DNA from: a virus
Taxonomy: Duplodnaviria; Caudoviricetes
DNA: 64,000 nt
Reading direction: 5' to 3' (one strand)
IMG/VR virus record: IMGVR_UViG_3300027983_001732
Span: 1,035-65,034 of that record
Below, in pieces: positions 1-10,288 of the stretch (positions are counted from its first letter, which is position 1; every line of letters begins with the position of its first letter). The notes below the pieces were generated by a model. It searched no databases. It worked only from the letters and a program-made list of their open reading frames with translations, and was not told where the DNA came from. The position numbers and the translations under genes are program-made.

Positions 1-785
1 GAATAAACCGCATAAAAGATTATTTTATTAACCGCATCTACGGCAAAGTTATAAATATACTGGGAACTCAATAAAACTGAAGATCCATTAACAAGAACTT
101 TCTTTATTCCTACTTCATTTTGAGACAATGAGGCAACGTAAACATCCATAGGAACATGAGCCACTCCACCTACAACAATATTTCCAGATCCTTTCTCTAA
201 ATAAGGCATAGACTTAGCTATTCCGCCACATCTTACTCCGCCACTAGCCATGATGTTAATTGTGTAAATTATGCGAACTATAGAAGATCCTCTGACAACA
301 ACGCCACCATGTCCCGGCAAAAATTTAAGTACACTTGAAGATCCTCCAACTACAACACCACCTGTAGTAGTCTTAATGATCTTTCTAAGATACGCAGATG
401 TTCCCCCAGCTACAACACCACCTTTTGATTTTATCCTATGATAGCGTCTACAATTGAGTTGACTTTGCAAAGCAGGCAAGAACGAATCATCTTGTTCAAG
501 ATAAAGATCTACGATTTGATACAAATCATCAATTTCTGCAACTGCATTTGAATCCACGTTATAAACAGATCTTCCGTTTCTTGCGAAATCTATCTTAAAT
601 GTGGTTTTTAGGTAAGTAAGAGACACGTCATAGTGTCTATCTTCAACTTTCCAATGAGTCTTATAGACCGCTGGACGGATCTTATTCCAAACCACGGCAC
701 AGCCCTTGGTTTTTTCGATCAATTCAAGAATTAATATTCTTGGATAGAGATAATCTATGCTGTAAAGATTGTCAATCGTTTGCAT
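1..785 (-). CDS. Partial CDS running off the window start; Gly/Val-rich repeats, probable virion structural protein
   Basis: ATG at 785, frame read by hand as open to position 1 (MQTIDNLYSIDYLYPRIL...); repeated GGVVxGG motifs; CTAAATA 5 nt upstream. Confidence 0.6.
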   Translation of the reverse strand, partial: MQTIDNLYSIDYLYPRILILELIEKTKGCAVVWNKIRPAVYKTHWKVEDRHYDVSLTYLKTTFKIDFARNGRSVYNVDSNAVAEIDDLYQIVDLYLEQDDSFLPALQSQLNCRRYHRIKSKGGVVAGGTSAYLRKIIKTTTGGVVVGGSSSVLKFLPGHGGVVVRGSSIVRIIYTINIMASGGVRCGGIAKSMPYLEKGSGNIVVGGVAHVPMDVYVASLSQNEVGIKKVLVNGSSVLLSSQYIYNFAVDAVNKIIFYAVY

Positions 786-821
786 ACCTGTATTTAGGCA
801 CAGGATAATAAATTACACATT

Positions 822-1646
822 TCACATAATCTCTTTCATCGCTTTGAAATACATCAAGTCCATTTTTTCCTGATGATCTTTGTGATAACAAATAATGTCG
901 CTAGACACCATTGGCAAATCAGGATTATCTTTTTCTCTAAGTTCATCAATTGGATTATTAAAGAAATTGTCAGGATTGTAAAATTTAGCTCTGACTGTTC
1001 TGTATACGTATCCTAATTTTCTTATCGCTTCTGCGAGATTAGGCATGCTCCATGGCATTGATTCAATGAACATAATTGGCTTGAATTTCTCAATTGTGTT
1101 TTTTGATCCAATCAACGCCTTGAATTCATCTCCTTCGATGTCTAATTTAATAAAGTCGCATCTATCCAAATTTAGATCATCTATAGAAATCGTTTCTACT
1201 TGAAAATCGGATTCACATCTTGGCTCTTCTGTCAGATATACGCCACCATAGTGTTGCATAGGATCATCATAAAAAGAAATCCCATCTTTGTTTTTAAGCA
1301 ATGGCGATGGACAAAATAACTTCTTGCCGGACACATCTCCAACAGCCTTGCAATGTGCTCTGACATTGTAAAGATTGTTAGAAGCAATATTGCCGCACAT
1401 TGTGTAAAACAAAAATTCTTGAGGCTCAAACGCAATAACAATGCCAGCTTTTTTAGCCAAAGGAATTGTCATGTCGCCAATATTGGCTCCAGCGTCAATT
1501 ACAACATCGCCAGCATTGATGAATCTGAGCATTAAATCAATTTGCTTTTCGTAGCATTCTCCATAAAGATCAAATGATCTCCCAGTCCATTTATCATTGG
1601 ATAGGTACAACATAGGACCATGTTTGCAGTCCTTTATTTTGATCAA
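822..1646 (-). CDS. FkbM-family SAM methyltransferase
   Basis: VIDAGANIG, AFEPQ and FIKLDIEGDE motifs. Confidence 0.85.
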   Translation of the reverse strand: MIKIKDCKHGPMLYLSNDKWTGRSFDLYGECYEKQIDLMLRFINAGDVVIDAGANIGDMTIPLAKKAGIVIAFEPQEFLFYTMCGNIASNNLYNVRAHCKAVGDVSGKKLFCPSPLLKNKDGISFYDDPMQHYGGVYLTEEPRCESDFQVETISIDDLNLDRCDFIKLDIEGDEFKALIGSKNTIEKFKPIMFIESMPWSMPNLAEAIRKLGYVYRTVRAKFYNPDNFFNNPIDELREKDNPDLPMVSSDIICYHKDHQEKMDLMYFKAMKEIM

Positions 1647-2053
1647 GAGTCAACCTCATGGTCAACAACCAATTCTGTTGTTGTTCTATAACTATCTGAA
1701 TCAAAATGCTGTGTTGAGAATTCAAAAATTACAATATCTTCGATTGCTTGAATTTGATGTTTCAATCCGGGTTCCACATGAAAAGCAAATCCCGGCTTCA
1801 TTTCTACACAAGAGAAATCTTGCTCATTAGAACCATATGTCAACCAAGCGTGCCCAGTCTCTGTAAACAAAACCTCGTCCTTTAAATCATGCGAATGATA
1901 CGACAACCAATGTCCTTGTTTTATGAAAATTTTCTTTCCACAATATTTTTCGCCATTGCAAATCCAAAGTTCCCAACCCCATGGTTTACTTACAAAATTC
2001 ATGTCTTTTGGTTTTATTAATCCGCTCATGATGTCTTCTTCCGGCTTCTTCAT
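1643..2053 (-). CDS. Cupin-domain protein (mannose-6-phosphate isomerase-like)
   Basis: KPWGWE, SYHSH..KDE, PGLKH cupin motifs. Confidence 0.75.
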   Translation of the reverse strand: MKKPEEDIMSGLIKPKDMNFVSKPWGWELWICNGEKYCGKKIFIKQGHWLSYHSHDLKDEVLFTETGHAWLTYGSNEQDFSCVEMKPGFAFHVEPGLKHQIQAIEDIVIFEFSTQHFDSDSYRTTTELVVDHEVDS

Positions 2054-2056
2054 GGT

Positions 2057-2197
2057 TTATCTGGTGTGATGGACCAGTTCATGAAACACTGTTTCGTAAA
2101 AGTTGCCCATAGACACAAACTTACGTTTGTTTGGCACGGTGATCTCGTCTTTGTCCACTGAGTAAAATGCTCGATTTCCACGATAGTTGATCTTGGC
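2057..2197 (-). pseudogene. Remnant of an ArdC-like zincin metallopeptidase domain
   Basis: Hand translation AKINYRGNRAFYSVDKDEITVPNKRKFVSMGNFYETVFHELVHHTR* with HExxH; in-frame TGA just upstream and no start codon before the motif-bearing segment. Confidence 0.6.
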
Positions 2198-2280
2198 TGA
2201 AAGGCATCAAAAATAATTTAAGGCAGGTCTATATTGACGCATCAAATTGGGAATCTCATCCTGATAAGTTCCCTGATGTC

Positions 2281-2881
2281 CTATTCATTAAAATAAACGC
2301 CTTTTTTCCCTCGGATGCCCAAATATGGCTGGTTCGCTGCATTGTAAGCAGCCCACACATCATCATCATAGAATTCTGAGATCGCTTTTAAGAAAAAAGG
2401 AATCGCTTCATCCAAATTATGTGGCACAAAATGGTTGGCATCTACACCAACGTTCACCGAATTCAATTGATACTTCCATGCCCCATGGATATGCCCTACT
2501 AGATTGAACATACCATGAACTGCACGACTTGGATAATGTGTTAAATTACACTGAATCCCAGCCACGTCGAGTTCCAGACCTTTACCTTCGGGAATAACTT
2601 CCTGAAAATGCTTCAACAACTGATCGTCTGTAAAAACACGATCATGATTTCCACGCAAGACAATCTTTTTTGCCATTGAACCGATCAACTTCTTCAAGAA
2701 ATTCTGGATACTTCTGGTAGCAGACATCTCCTACCACGTAGACCAAATCATCCGGTCCAACAATTGCATTATGTCGTTCAACCAAAACTTCGATCATCTC
2801 ACGCTGATCTTTGAATGGTCTTTGCATGATTGCCATACGATCTTCGCCCAAATGCCAATCGGCTGTAATCCATCTTATCAT
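2281..2881 (-). pseudogene. Calcineurin-like metallophosphoesterase split by a frameshift
   Basis: ORF 2642-2881 has ADWHLG and VGD; ORF 2281-2727 has GNHD, THYP and GHIH; joined by removing one A from the A6 run at 2666-2671. Confidence 0.75.
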
Positions 2882-2901
2882 CTATATAAATCCTTAAAAA
2901 T

Positions 2902-3411
2902 TTATCGGTTAGAAGCAACTAAAAGTAGAGACTTCAGATCATTATAAATAACAACGGCGTCTTTATTTTCTTGACAAATTAACCAATCCAAATATCTATT
3001 ATTTGGAGCATCATTTGGTCGTCCATAAAGAACACGTTCTGGAGACTTAGCAACCCAATATCCAAATTCTATGTTGGTGGTCAAAGCAGGCATATCTTCC
3101 ATATGCCGAGGAACCCAAAATAGAATTGTTGACGCTAATTCCAGTCCTATACGTTCCCATTGAACTTGATCTGTATAATCAAATTGCACAGACCAATCTT
3201 TCCTTTCTGGAATTAAGACGGTTCCATCAAATCCAGCTTCTTTTAGAATCTCTATCGCTTTAGGTCGCCATGAAACAACATCAGATTTTCTTGGTGTTGG
3301 ACCAGCTAAAAAAATCGCCTTGCCACAACCATCGAAATGACCTTCATCTGAATACAAAACTTTCAACTTTATCTCCTTGTTTAAGAAATTTTTAAAGTGC
3401 CTGTATTCCAA
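2902..3411 (-). CDS. Nucleoside 2-deoxyribosyltransferase-like protein
   Basis: IFLAGPTPR..SWR, QVQWE, TTNIEFG motifs. Confidence 0.7.
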   Translation of the reverse strand: MEYRHFKNFLNKEIKLKVLYSDEGHFDGCGKAIFLAGPTPRKSDVVSWRPKAIEILKEAGFDGTVLIPERKDWSVQFDYTDQVQWERIGLELASTILFWVPRHMEDMPALTTNIEFGYWVAKSPERVLYGRPNDAPNNRYLDWLICQENKDAVVIYNDLKSLLLVASNR

Positions 3412-3971
3412 ATATCGCCATTTTCCATACGCTTTTCATCTTCGTAACACATTGTATTACGTCTGTAAGTTTCATGTTTAACATGATCAAGAACGCCTCG
3501 AATCACTAATTGGCGACGAAAAGCCATGGTTGCATCTTTGTTATTTCCCGAAACACTAAATGTCTCCATCTGACTGATGATCTTATCCAAAACACCATTC
3601 AGATATGCTCTAATCCCATAACCTGCTCTGGCAAATGCTGCGGCGTCTCCAAGAAAACCCCAATACACAGCACTTACAGCATAATTCATCTCTCCTGCTG
3701 CTGACATTGGATCAGATCGACTGAGCGAAGCAGCAATGCTATCAGCAGCATTTTCCAATGATTTTCTCTTGCTTTCATTAAAGAAAGTAGAGTTGAATGC
3801 AGGACTTGTATAGTCCGGTGTTCCTAAGAACTTTCTGAGCAAACGATTGACAAAAAATCCAAAAAACTCTCCTTTAAGATAAGGATTGTCGTTAGGGTCA
3901 TTAAGAATCCCTAATACGGATTCTATAAATCCTTGATATTTGTCTCTGTCTTCTGTTTTAATATATGGCAT
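3381..3971 (-). CDS. Hypothetical phage protein
   Basis: 196 aa ORF in operon; MPYIKxEDR start and YEDEKRxENGDI end. Confidence 0.6.
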   Translation of the reverse strand: MPYIKTEDRDKYQGFIESVLGILNDPNDNPYLKGEFFGFFVNRLLRKFLGTPDYTSPAFNSTFFNESKRKSLENAADSIAASLSRSDPMSAAGEMNYAVSAVYWGFLGDAAAFARAGYGIRAYLNGVLDKIISQMETFSVSGNNKDATMAFRRQLVIRGVLDHVKHETYRRNTMCYEDEKRMENGDIWNTGTLKIS

Positions 3972-3973
3972 TG

Positions 3974-4654
3974 TTATATTCCTTTAAATTCAAATACAAA
4001 ATGATCCACGAATTGGACCAATTTACTATCAATTGTTTCATAAAGTTCTTCAATCGTTCCATCATTCCTGACGAACGCATCAAACTGGTTCATGTATTCT
4101 GGTGGTTTGACAACTTCAGGCAAAATTTCATCCAATGTTGCATAGTCAATATCTCTCAAATCCACGAACTTTGTAGTGGGAGAAAATGCTTTAAGGCACC
4201 AATCGATATATGGTCGAATCTCTGCTTCTGACGCATTTGGATCATCATTAAGTCTGTCGGGTCTTCCTACAAGAATGTTAAGCCCTCCTTCGGACCTAAC
4301 ACGCCTGAACTCGTTGATATAGCGAACATCAGAAATTATTTTTGGCAATGTGTCACGGAAAGCAAGATCCATCCAAATCTTTGCCATGATTTTTCGAAAA
4401 CCATCACCAATAAATTGAAGAGCCTGTCGTACAGGCATATCAAATCCGGGAGGATTTTCTGGCTTAACTTTCCACTTTTCAACAAATTCAGAATCGACAC
4501 CAAACATCTCGCAAAAAACTCGTTTTACATTTGATGCAAATGCCCGTCTGTACCATTTTCCTTCAGACTTACTATTCAGTCTTTCGCACAGACGATCTGC
4601 CAAAGTGTCTTTGCCATGTTGTGCTTGAGAAGCAACGCCAATTACAAATGCCAT
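3974..4654 (-). CDS. Deoxynucleoside monophosphate kinase (T4 gp1-like)
   Basis: P-loop-like HGKDT, RQALQFIGD, IISDVRYINE, ASE, NDGT. Confidence 0.8.
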   Translation of the reverse strand: MAFVIGVASQAQHGKDTLADRLCERLNSKSEGKWYRRAFASNVKRVFCEMFGVDSEFVEKWKVKPENPPGFDMPVRQALQFIGDGFRKIMAKIWMDLAFRDTLPKIISDVRYINEFRRVRSEGGLNILVGRPDRLNDDPNASEAEIRPYIDWCLKAFSPTTKFVDLRDIDYATLDEILPEVVKPPEYMNQFDAFVRNDGTIEELYETIDSKLVQFVDHFVFEFKGI

Positions 4655-4671
4655 ATATTTCCTCCTTAAGT

Positions 4672-4968
4672 TTATTTCGACAAAGCATCTATCTTATTCT
4701 GGATAGTTTCTCTGCTAACAAGTCCTGTCAACTGATCAACTACCTGTCCGTCTTTCATAAACAGCAACTTTGGAATTGCCGATATGTTATACCTAGCTGC
4801 AATATTTGCATTTTGATCTGTATCAACCTTTGCAATTTTTGCACCAGTTACAGATTCCAATACTGGGGCAAGCATACGACAAGGACCACACCATGCAGCA
4901 TGAAAATCAACAAGAACCAATCCTGTGCTTGTTTCTGAATCAAAATTTGATTCATTAAGTTCTATCAT
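4672..4968 (-). CDS. trxA: Thioredoxin
   Basis: WCGPC active site, 98 aa. Confidence 0.92.
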   Translation of the reverse strand: MIELNESNFDSETSTGLVLVDFHAAWCGPCRMLAPVLESVTGAKIAKVDTDQNANIAARYNISAIPKLLFMKDGQVVDQLTGLVSRETIQNKIDALSK

Positions 4969-5080
4969 TTTTTCTTCCTTGTTTGAATTAATAGTTTAAG
5001 CAACTGTATTATAGTGTGATTCAGGATTTATTGAGTGTTCCTGTATTTCACCATTTTTTAAGAAGAGAGTCAACATCAAT

Positions 5081-5404
5081 ATGACTAAGAAAAAAATAAA
5101 ACGAATCTGTATGAACTGTAAGCTTTACAATTCAAAAGCTGAAGAATGCTCTGTTGTTGTTCTTCATGAAGGAAAGAGGCTTAAAGTGCCAATGTGGCCA
5201 GAAGATAGATGTATGTACGAATCCGAATATTTTGATCCAACTACAAAATCAATGGAAAACTTTACAGACGATATTCAAGAAGTGAAGTTCTGGGTTGAAA
5301 ACGAAAAAGGAGATAAAGTCAAAGGAGACGGCATTGTTAAAATTCAATATCCAAAAGGATTTTTTGGCAAAGAAAAAGAAATCAATGAAAACGAAGATGT
5401 CTAA
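5081..5404 (+). CDS. Hypothetical protein (CxxC)
   Basis: 107 aa ORF. Confidence 0.55.
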   Translation: MTKKKIKRICMNCKLYNSKAEECSVVVLHEGKRLKVPMWPEDRCMYESEYFDPTTKSMENFTDDIQEVKFWVENEKGDKVKGDGIVKIQYPKGFFGKEKEINENEDV

Positions 5405-5631
5405 AATCCATCTTTATTCCAATTTACAATATTTTCTTCTTTAACCACTTTTTTCTTATTCCAAATTTCGTCAAATAACAAACATTCAGAAGATCCAACT
5501 TTGCGAACGCTCATTCGAGCAGTGCCTTCTGGATCATATGTCTTAATGAAAAAAGCACATTTGATTAATGTAGAAAAATTATACAAAAAACGCAAATTTC
5601 CATCGCCTGTATCAATTAAAACTTCATACAT
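5401..5631 (-). CDS. Small hypothetical protein ending NWNKDGF
   Basis: 76 aa ORF coupled to upstream gene; shared C-terminal motif. Confidence 0.55.
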   Translation of the reverse strand: MYEVLIDTGDGNLRFLYNFSTLIKCAFFIKTYDPEGTARMSVRKVGSSECLLFDEIWNKKKVVKEENIVNWNKDGF

Positions 5632-6583
5632 CTATGTTTTCCTTAAGCTCTTCAAACAGTTTTTCTACTGTAACATTTCCAGTAAACTCAAGAACATGTT
5701 TCAATCTTTGATGAGTTATTTTTTTGATGTCAAAAATTGACAATACATCTTTATAATCTGTATCTCCGTAGATCATTTTGCAATGATCTATTGTCAAGAC
5801 ACGTTCTACAGCATCCTTTAATTCTTTCAACACCAAACAAATTCTACCTCTTTTGTTTCCAAGAACAGCACCAAGTCCATGTAAACACTTAATGCTGCTC
5901 AAATCTCCATTATCGCTTCTTAATCTATAAACAACGTAATTCTCTTCGTATCCAACAGGATTGTATAGTTCTGGATATTGAAGAATGAGATATCCAAATG
6001 CGACTTCATCTTGAAAGCATCGGTCATTAGCAGTTGGCACTTTGTCTCTTAGTTCATCAAAGAACTCTATGTCTCCAATTATCACACGAGCGATAATGTT
6101 TTTCCAAATACTGAACACTTCTTTAGAAACAGAAGTGGTTTTATCAAAGTACCAGACTCCAGTGTTTGAAGAACAATAGAACTTTGTGATATCTCCGTTG
6201 TCCTCTTGTTCGTTAAGAGGCAGAGGATTTTTAAGCCAGAAGATATCTGAATCAGTGAACAGTATTTTATTATATCCAATCTGATGAGCATATGCCCAGA
6301 CATCCCAAACACGGGAGCACAACTTTGATGATTTTGGCAAAGACAAATTAAGCAGAGGATTCCACTTCACAACTTTGAAGTTAAGCAATTCTGGGAATAC
6401 ACCCCAATCCTCTGTATCTCTTTGACTAAGATCTAAAACCGTCACAGGCACACTTTTATTGTGTTCCCGTAGAACGGCAATGGATAGAACAACTGGATTA
6501 GCCATATCTTGATATGGCTTAACTGTAGGTTCATCGCACCACCAATGATACAAAATCATTGGCTTTTGTTCTTTAATCATCAA
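5624..6583 (-). CDS. Putative GT-A glycosyltransferase
   Basis: FTDSDIFW DxD motif, NTGVWYF, QDE. Confidence 0.6.
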   Translation of the reverse strand: MMIKEQKPMILYHWWCDEPTVKPYQDMANPVVLSIAVLREHNKSVPVTVLDLSQRDTEDWGVFPELLNFKVVKWNPLLNLSLPKSSKLCSRVWDVWAYAHQIGYNKILFTDSDIFWLKNPLPLNEQEDNGDITKFYCSSNTGVWYFDKTTSVSKEVFSIWKNIIARVIIGDIEFFDELRDKVPTANDRCFQDEVAFGYLILQYPELYNPVGYEENYVVYRLRSDNGDLSSIKCLHGLGAVLGNKRGRICLVLKELKDAVERVLTIDHCKMIYGDTDYKDVLSIFDIKKITHQRLKHVLEFTGNVTVEKLFEELKENIDV

Positions 6584-8627
6584 TCGACGCTTTCAACTCT
6601 ATCAAACGAGCACCTTCCAGTGCTTCTTCAGCCAGCTTGGTGCTACATTTCATAATCTTGGCAATCGTGCCAACATCATAGTTTAAGAAGTCGCCAAGAC
6701 TTTTAATCTTCTTGTCTTTGAGTCTGTTTGCTCTAACGTGTCCAACATTTGGAATCTGGACCAATTCAACTAGATCGGCTTCAACTCCATATTGAAGACG
6801 CATCTTAAAAGTCTTAAACCAATTTTGTTTTTCCCACTTACAACTCATATTGTCGAGGGCATTAATGACCTGCATCGTTCGTTCCAGATCGACTAACATT
6901 GCTCCTTGAAGAGCAGCAAATACATCATTTTTCTTTCCCTTCAACATGTTGAAGTAAACGAACCCGTATTTAATTGCTCCCGGAAGAAATGTCGATTCAC
7001 CGAACATTCGTTCGACTTTTCCTTGGAATGTTGCCATCTGTTCTTTCTCATAACGATTAGCGATAGCCCACTTGTTCGTGTCCACATTGCCCATCGCCAT
7101 CGCCAAGGCATAATCATTATCTTCAAGCTTTTGGTCAAATACCTGTTTGAAGTTACGTCGCAGATCAGAAACATCAAAAGGACTGTAATAAAACATTGAG
7201 GCGACTTTTCCGACAGCGGTACATTTGTACTCGCCATCTTCGACAACGATCGCTCTGCACTGTTCCAGCATTTTAATTGTGCGGTCAACGACCGCATCAT
7301 TGAAGTCTTGGTCCTGATGATGTGCCAAGCTCTTGCGAAACCATTGATGAAACCCTTCTTTTGTTTTTATGCTTCCGTGATGAATTTCACTTACAACATG
7401 AAAAGCCAAGGTTTTATAATGTGGATTTTCATCTGTTCCAACATATTCCAACATCGTTGATCGAATTGGAGACTTCTTTTTCAATCTGGCAATATGTTCG
7501 TCTTTGCTGCTCTCAGGCACCAAAATATACGCATCGCCACGAGGATCATATTTTGGACGACCAGCACGACCAACTTCTTGCCAGATATCGTAATTTTCGA
7601 CTAACTGCAAGCCACGATGAACGCCAGTGACAATTACACGTCGAGCAGGAAGATTCAGTCCCCACGCCAAAGTTGAAGTCGCAACAACAACTCTGAAACT
7701 CGGATCATTCTTAAAACGATCCTCAAGATCACGTCGTTTTTTTAGACCTAAATCAGCATTGTGGAATTCAGCAATTACTCCATGATGGTCAAGCTCCTTA
7801 ACCATCAAATTTCCTGTACGCTTAGTATGAACAAAGATCAGGAATTTGTCATTTGGATAATAATCGACAATAGAGCACGCCGTACTTATCTTCTGATTCT
7901 CTTTGTCGTCATACATCTTATCGCCGTCGTAGTACGCTTCATAGTGAATGCTCAGCGGACAAGGACGATAATCTGATTCCAAGAAGTAAGTGTCTCTTCC
8001 AGTCAGGTTGGTAATCCAACCACAGATCTCATCAACATTCGGCATAGTAGCTGACAACAGAACAATCCTAACTTTAGGATTTATGTCCATCATCTTCATC
8101 AAAGCGACCTCGATGTGATCTCCTCGATTCGGAACAGTCAACAAGTGGCTTTCATCAAATACGATAGTTCCGACATCGGCCAAAAATTTACTCTTGTCTG
8201 ATTTACTGTTGCGACATCTGCTTGCCAACATTTCTGGAGTCATGACAATCAAATCAGATTTATCTAACTCAGATATTCTGCTGCCAGTGAATCTAAAGTC
8301 ACCAGTAACAATGGCTGTATTGACGTTGCTGAAGTGATGTTTGCTATCAGTCCAATCCTGTTCTTTTTCACTAGCAAGAGCTTTCAATGGTCCAACGTAG
8401 ATTCCCTTGCCACCACGCTTGCGAATTTCGTAAGCAAGATACATTTCAGAACAGATAGTTTTTCCTGCTGATGTTGCGGCTGCGATGGCAACATTGCTGT
8501 CTCCTGCAAAGGTGTCCATGAGACGACTTTGAACTGGATTAAAGTCATCAAACTCCCATGAGGCATACTCATAGTCTTTTGTTGGAACCAAAGCAGAACT
8601 ATCACTAATCCTAATCACTTCAGCCAT
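6573..8627 (-). CDS. Ski2/Hel308-like SF2 helicase
   Basis: TSAGKT, PLKALA, DESH, LSAT, ATSTLAWGLNLPA, QEVGRAGRP; C-terminal HhH-like IPNVGHVRA. Confidence 0.9.
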   Translation of the reverse strand: MAEVIRISDSSALVPTKDYEYASWEFDDFNPVQSRLMDTFAGDSNVAIAAATSAGKTICSEMYLAYEIRKRGGKGIYVGPLKALASEKEQDWTDSKHHFSNVNTAIVTGDFRFTGSRISELDKSDLIVMTPEMLASRCRNSKSDKSKFLADVGTIVFDESHLLTVPNRGDHIEVALMKMMDINPKVRIVLLSATMPNVDEICGWITNLTGRDTYFLESDYRPCPLSIHYEAYYDGDKMYDDKENQKISTACSIVDYYPNDKFLIFVHTKRTGNLMVKELDHHGVIAEFHNADLGLKKRRDLEDRFKNDPSFRVVVATSTLAWGLNLPARRVIVTGVHRGLQLVENYDIWQEVGRAGRPKYDPRGDAYILVPESSKDEHIARLKKKSPIRSTMLEYVGTDENPHYKTLAFHVVSEIHHGSIKTKEGFHQWFRKSLAHHQDQDFNDAVVDRTIKMLEQCRAIVVEDGEYKCTAVGKVASMFYYSPFDVSDLRRNFKQVFDQKLEDNDYALAMAMGNVDTNKWAIANRYEKEQMATFQGKVERMFGESTFLPGAIKYGFVYFNMLKGKKNDVFAALQGAMLVDLERTMQVINALDNMSCKWEKQNWFKTFKMRLQYGVEADLVELVQIPNVGHVRANRLKDKKIKSLGDFLNYDVGTIAKIMKCSTKLAEEALEGARLIELKASIDD

Positions 8628-8662
8628 TATTGCCGCTCCTATGATGTGGCTTGCAACTGTAT

Positions 8663-9250
8663 TTAATGAAATTGTTTATAACGAACACAACGCAAGACAT
8701 CAAGTGCATCTTCAACAGCAGTGTGTTCTACTGTTTTTTCAACTCTCGCTCTTCTTAAGCATTCTTCAAGATTAGGAGGAACAATGTCTTTGACAGAATC
8801 GTAGAACATGCTACCAACATCAAGAATTCTCCGATGAAAATTTGTAGAATTTCCAAACCCAATCTTCTGTAAAAATTTCAGGTCAAAATTTGCAAAGTTC
8901 TTTCCGATGATAACAATTTTATCCAATCCATGTTCTTTAAGCCATGAAGAAAAATTTTCATCAAGAATATCGGTCGGAATATAGTTGTAACCTTTTTCAC
9001 GGCTAGCAATTCTCTTAAAGATAGTGCCGTGCATAGCCATAGCGGCAATTTCTCCTTGATATCTGTTTTTGTCATTGGTTAAATAACAATGATATCTTGG
9101 AAGATCTTCCAGCGGAGTGTCCAAGTCATCTAATACTGCTCCAAATTCAATAATGTCGCAATAATTTTCATCGAGACCTAGTGTCTCGATATCAATGCTG
9201 ACAAACTTCCATTCTTTTGCTTTTGCTTTTACTAGCGATGGACCAAACAT
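8663..9250 (-). CDS. DEDDh 3'-5' exonuclease
   Basis: DIETLGL, NFANFDLKFL, HTAVEDA. Confidence 0.85.
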   Translation of the reverse strand: MFGPSLVKAKAKEWKFVSIDIETLGLDENYCDIIEFGAVLDDLDTPLEDLPRYHCYLTNDKNRYQGEIAAMAMHGTIFKRIASREKGYNYIPTDILDENFSSWLKEHGLDKIVIIGKNFANFDLKFLQKIGFGNSTNFHRRILDVGSMFYDSVKDIVPPNLEECLRRARVEKTVEHTAVEDALDVLRCVRYKQFH

Positions 9251-9278
9251 ACTTGTTTTCCTTATTGAATGACGTGAA

Positions 9279-9312
9279 AATAAGTAAGGCGGAACTACCC
9301 GCCTTACTTATT
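9279..9312 (-). terminator. Intrinsic terminator-like hairpin
   Basis: 14-bp inverted repeat AATAAGTAAGGCGG/CCGCCTTACTTATT. Confidence 0.6.
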
Positions 9313-9318
9313 TATTAA

Positions 9319-9585
9319 TTACCGACGTTCTGTTTGAACACCTCGTTTTTTGTACTCTTTTTGTAAAACTTCTGTGATCAAATCGCAGAAGTTATAAACT
9401 TCATCGGCTGATTTTGCAGACCCAAACATTGCATCCATCGCCTTGAAATGGCTGATAAAATCCAATGCTTCTGCAATATCACCCTGAAGTCTTTCATTCA
9501 ATCGAGTGTTGAGAAAGCGTAGATCTTCCTCAGAAATTGAGCCAACAAACTCTACTATTGTATTCCTGCTCATGGTATGCCTCAC
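9319..9585 (-). CDS. Hypothetical protein
   Basis: 88 aa ORF followed by hairpin. Confidence 0.6.
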   Translation of the reverse strand: MRHTMSRNTIVEFVGSISEEDLRFLNTRLNERLQGDIAEALDFISHFKAMDAMFGSAKSADEVYNFCDLITEVLQKEYKKRGVQTERR

Positions 9586-9984
9586 ATGAAAATATTGATT
9601 GCAGAAAAACTGGAACGGTTGCTCCAGTTGAACTGGACAGAATTCCTAGATCGCCAACAAATTGTACGGCTATGCTTAGAATACGCCCGTAATGCAGCTT
9701 ACAAAACGCTGCAACAAAAAGAAATCCCTAAAATACAATTCCGAGCGTCTGTAACAAAATTTATAGTTACAGAAATTACTCCAGAATTTGAAATTTGGAT
9801 TGAGTTCAGTGTGCCGAAGGACAATGGAGTCGTCATCGGCACGCATGTATTATCCCTGAGATTGTCCGGAGAGGTCAAACTTAAAGAATCACATGGAACC
9901 CATTTTTTAATGGAAACTACTAAACAACATCTAAAGTGCGGACAAGAGTTCCATGATTGCCCAGCACACGATCTTCACAAATAA
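9577..9984 (+). CDS. Hypothetical protein
   Basis: 135 aa ORF. Confidence 0.5.
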   Translation: MPHMKILIAEKLERLLQLNWTEFLDRQQIVRLCLEYARNAAYKTLQQKEIPKIQFRASVTKFIVTEITPEFEIWIEFSVPKDNGVVIGTHVLSLRLSGEVKLKESHGTHFLMETTKQHLKCGQEFHDCPAHDLHK

Positions 9985-10231
9985 TCGTATCGTCGCCGTC
10001 TTCAAACTGCAAGCCCAAATTAAATGAATCTAACATTGCTGAACGGCCATCTTTAGATGTTGAAACAACATAACAATAATCATCAACTTTCTTTAATTGA
10101 CCGTGCTTGTCTTCTTGTGTTATTCCAATTTCGAGGGTGATACCATCTGGTAACAAAAGAGAAACATGTCCATTTTCCAAAAGTTGCTGAATCATCATAT
10201 ACTGAAGTTTGAGTTCTTTAGCGTTTTTCAT
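9920..10231 (-). CDS. Hypothetical protein
   Basis: 103 aa ORF with GAGG RBS. Confidence 0.55.
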   Translation of the reverse strand: MKNAKELKLQYMMIQQLLENGHVSLLLPDGITLEIGITQEDKHGQLKKVDDYCYVVSTSKDGRSAMLDSFNLGLQFEDGDDTIICEDRVLGNHGTLVRTLDVV

Positions 10232-10288
10232 TGTGCTTGCCTCTCGATAAAACGACGTTGAATGTATTTATCCAAAAGCACATTCAAA

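Noticed and set aside
2660-2675. Programmed -1 frameshift at AAAAAAG
   Set aside because: The heptamer is not in the A-AAA-AAG phase, and restoring the gene needs a +1 shift.
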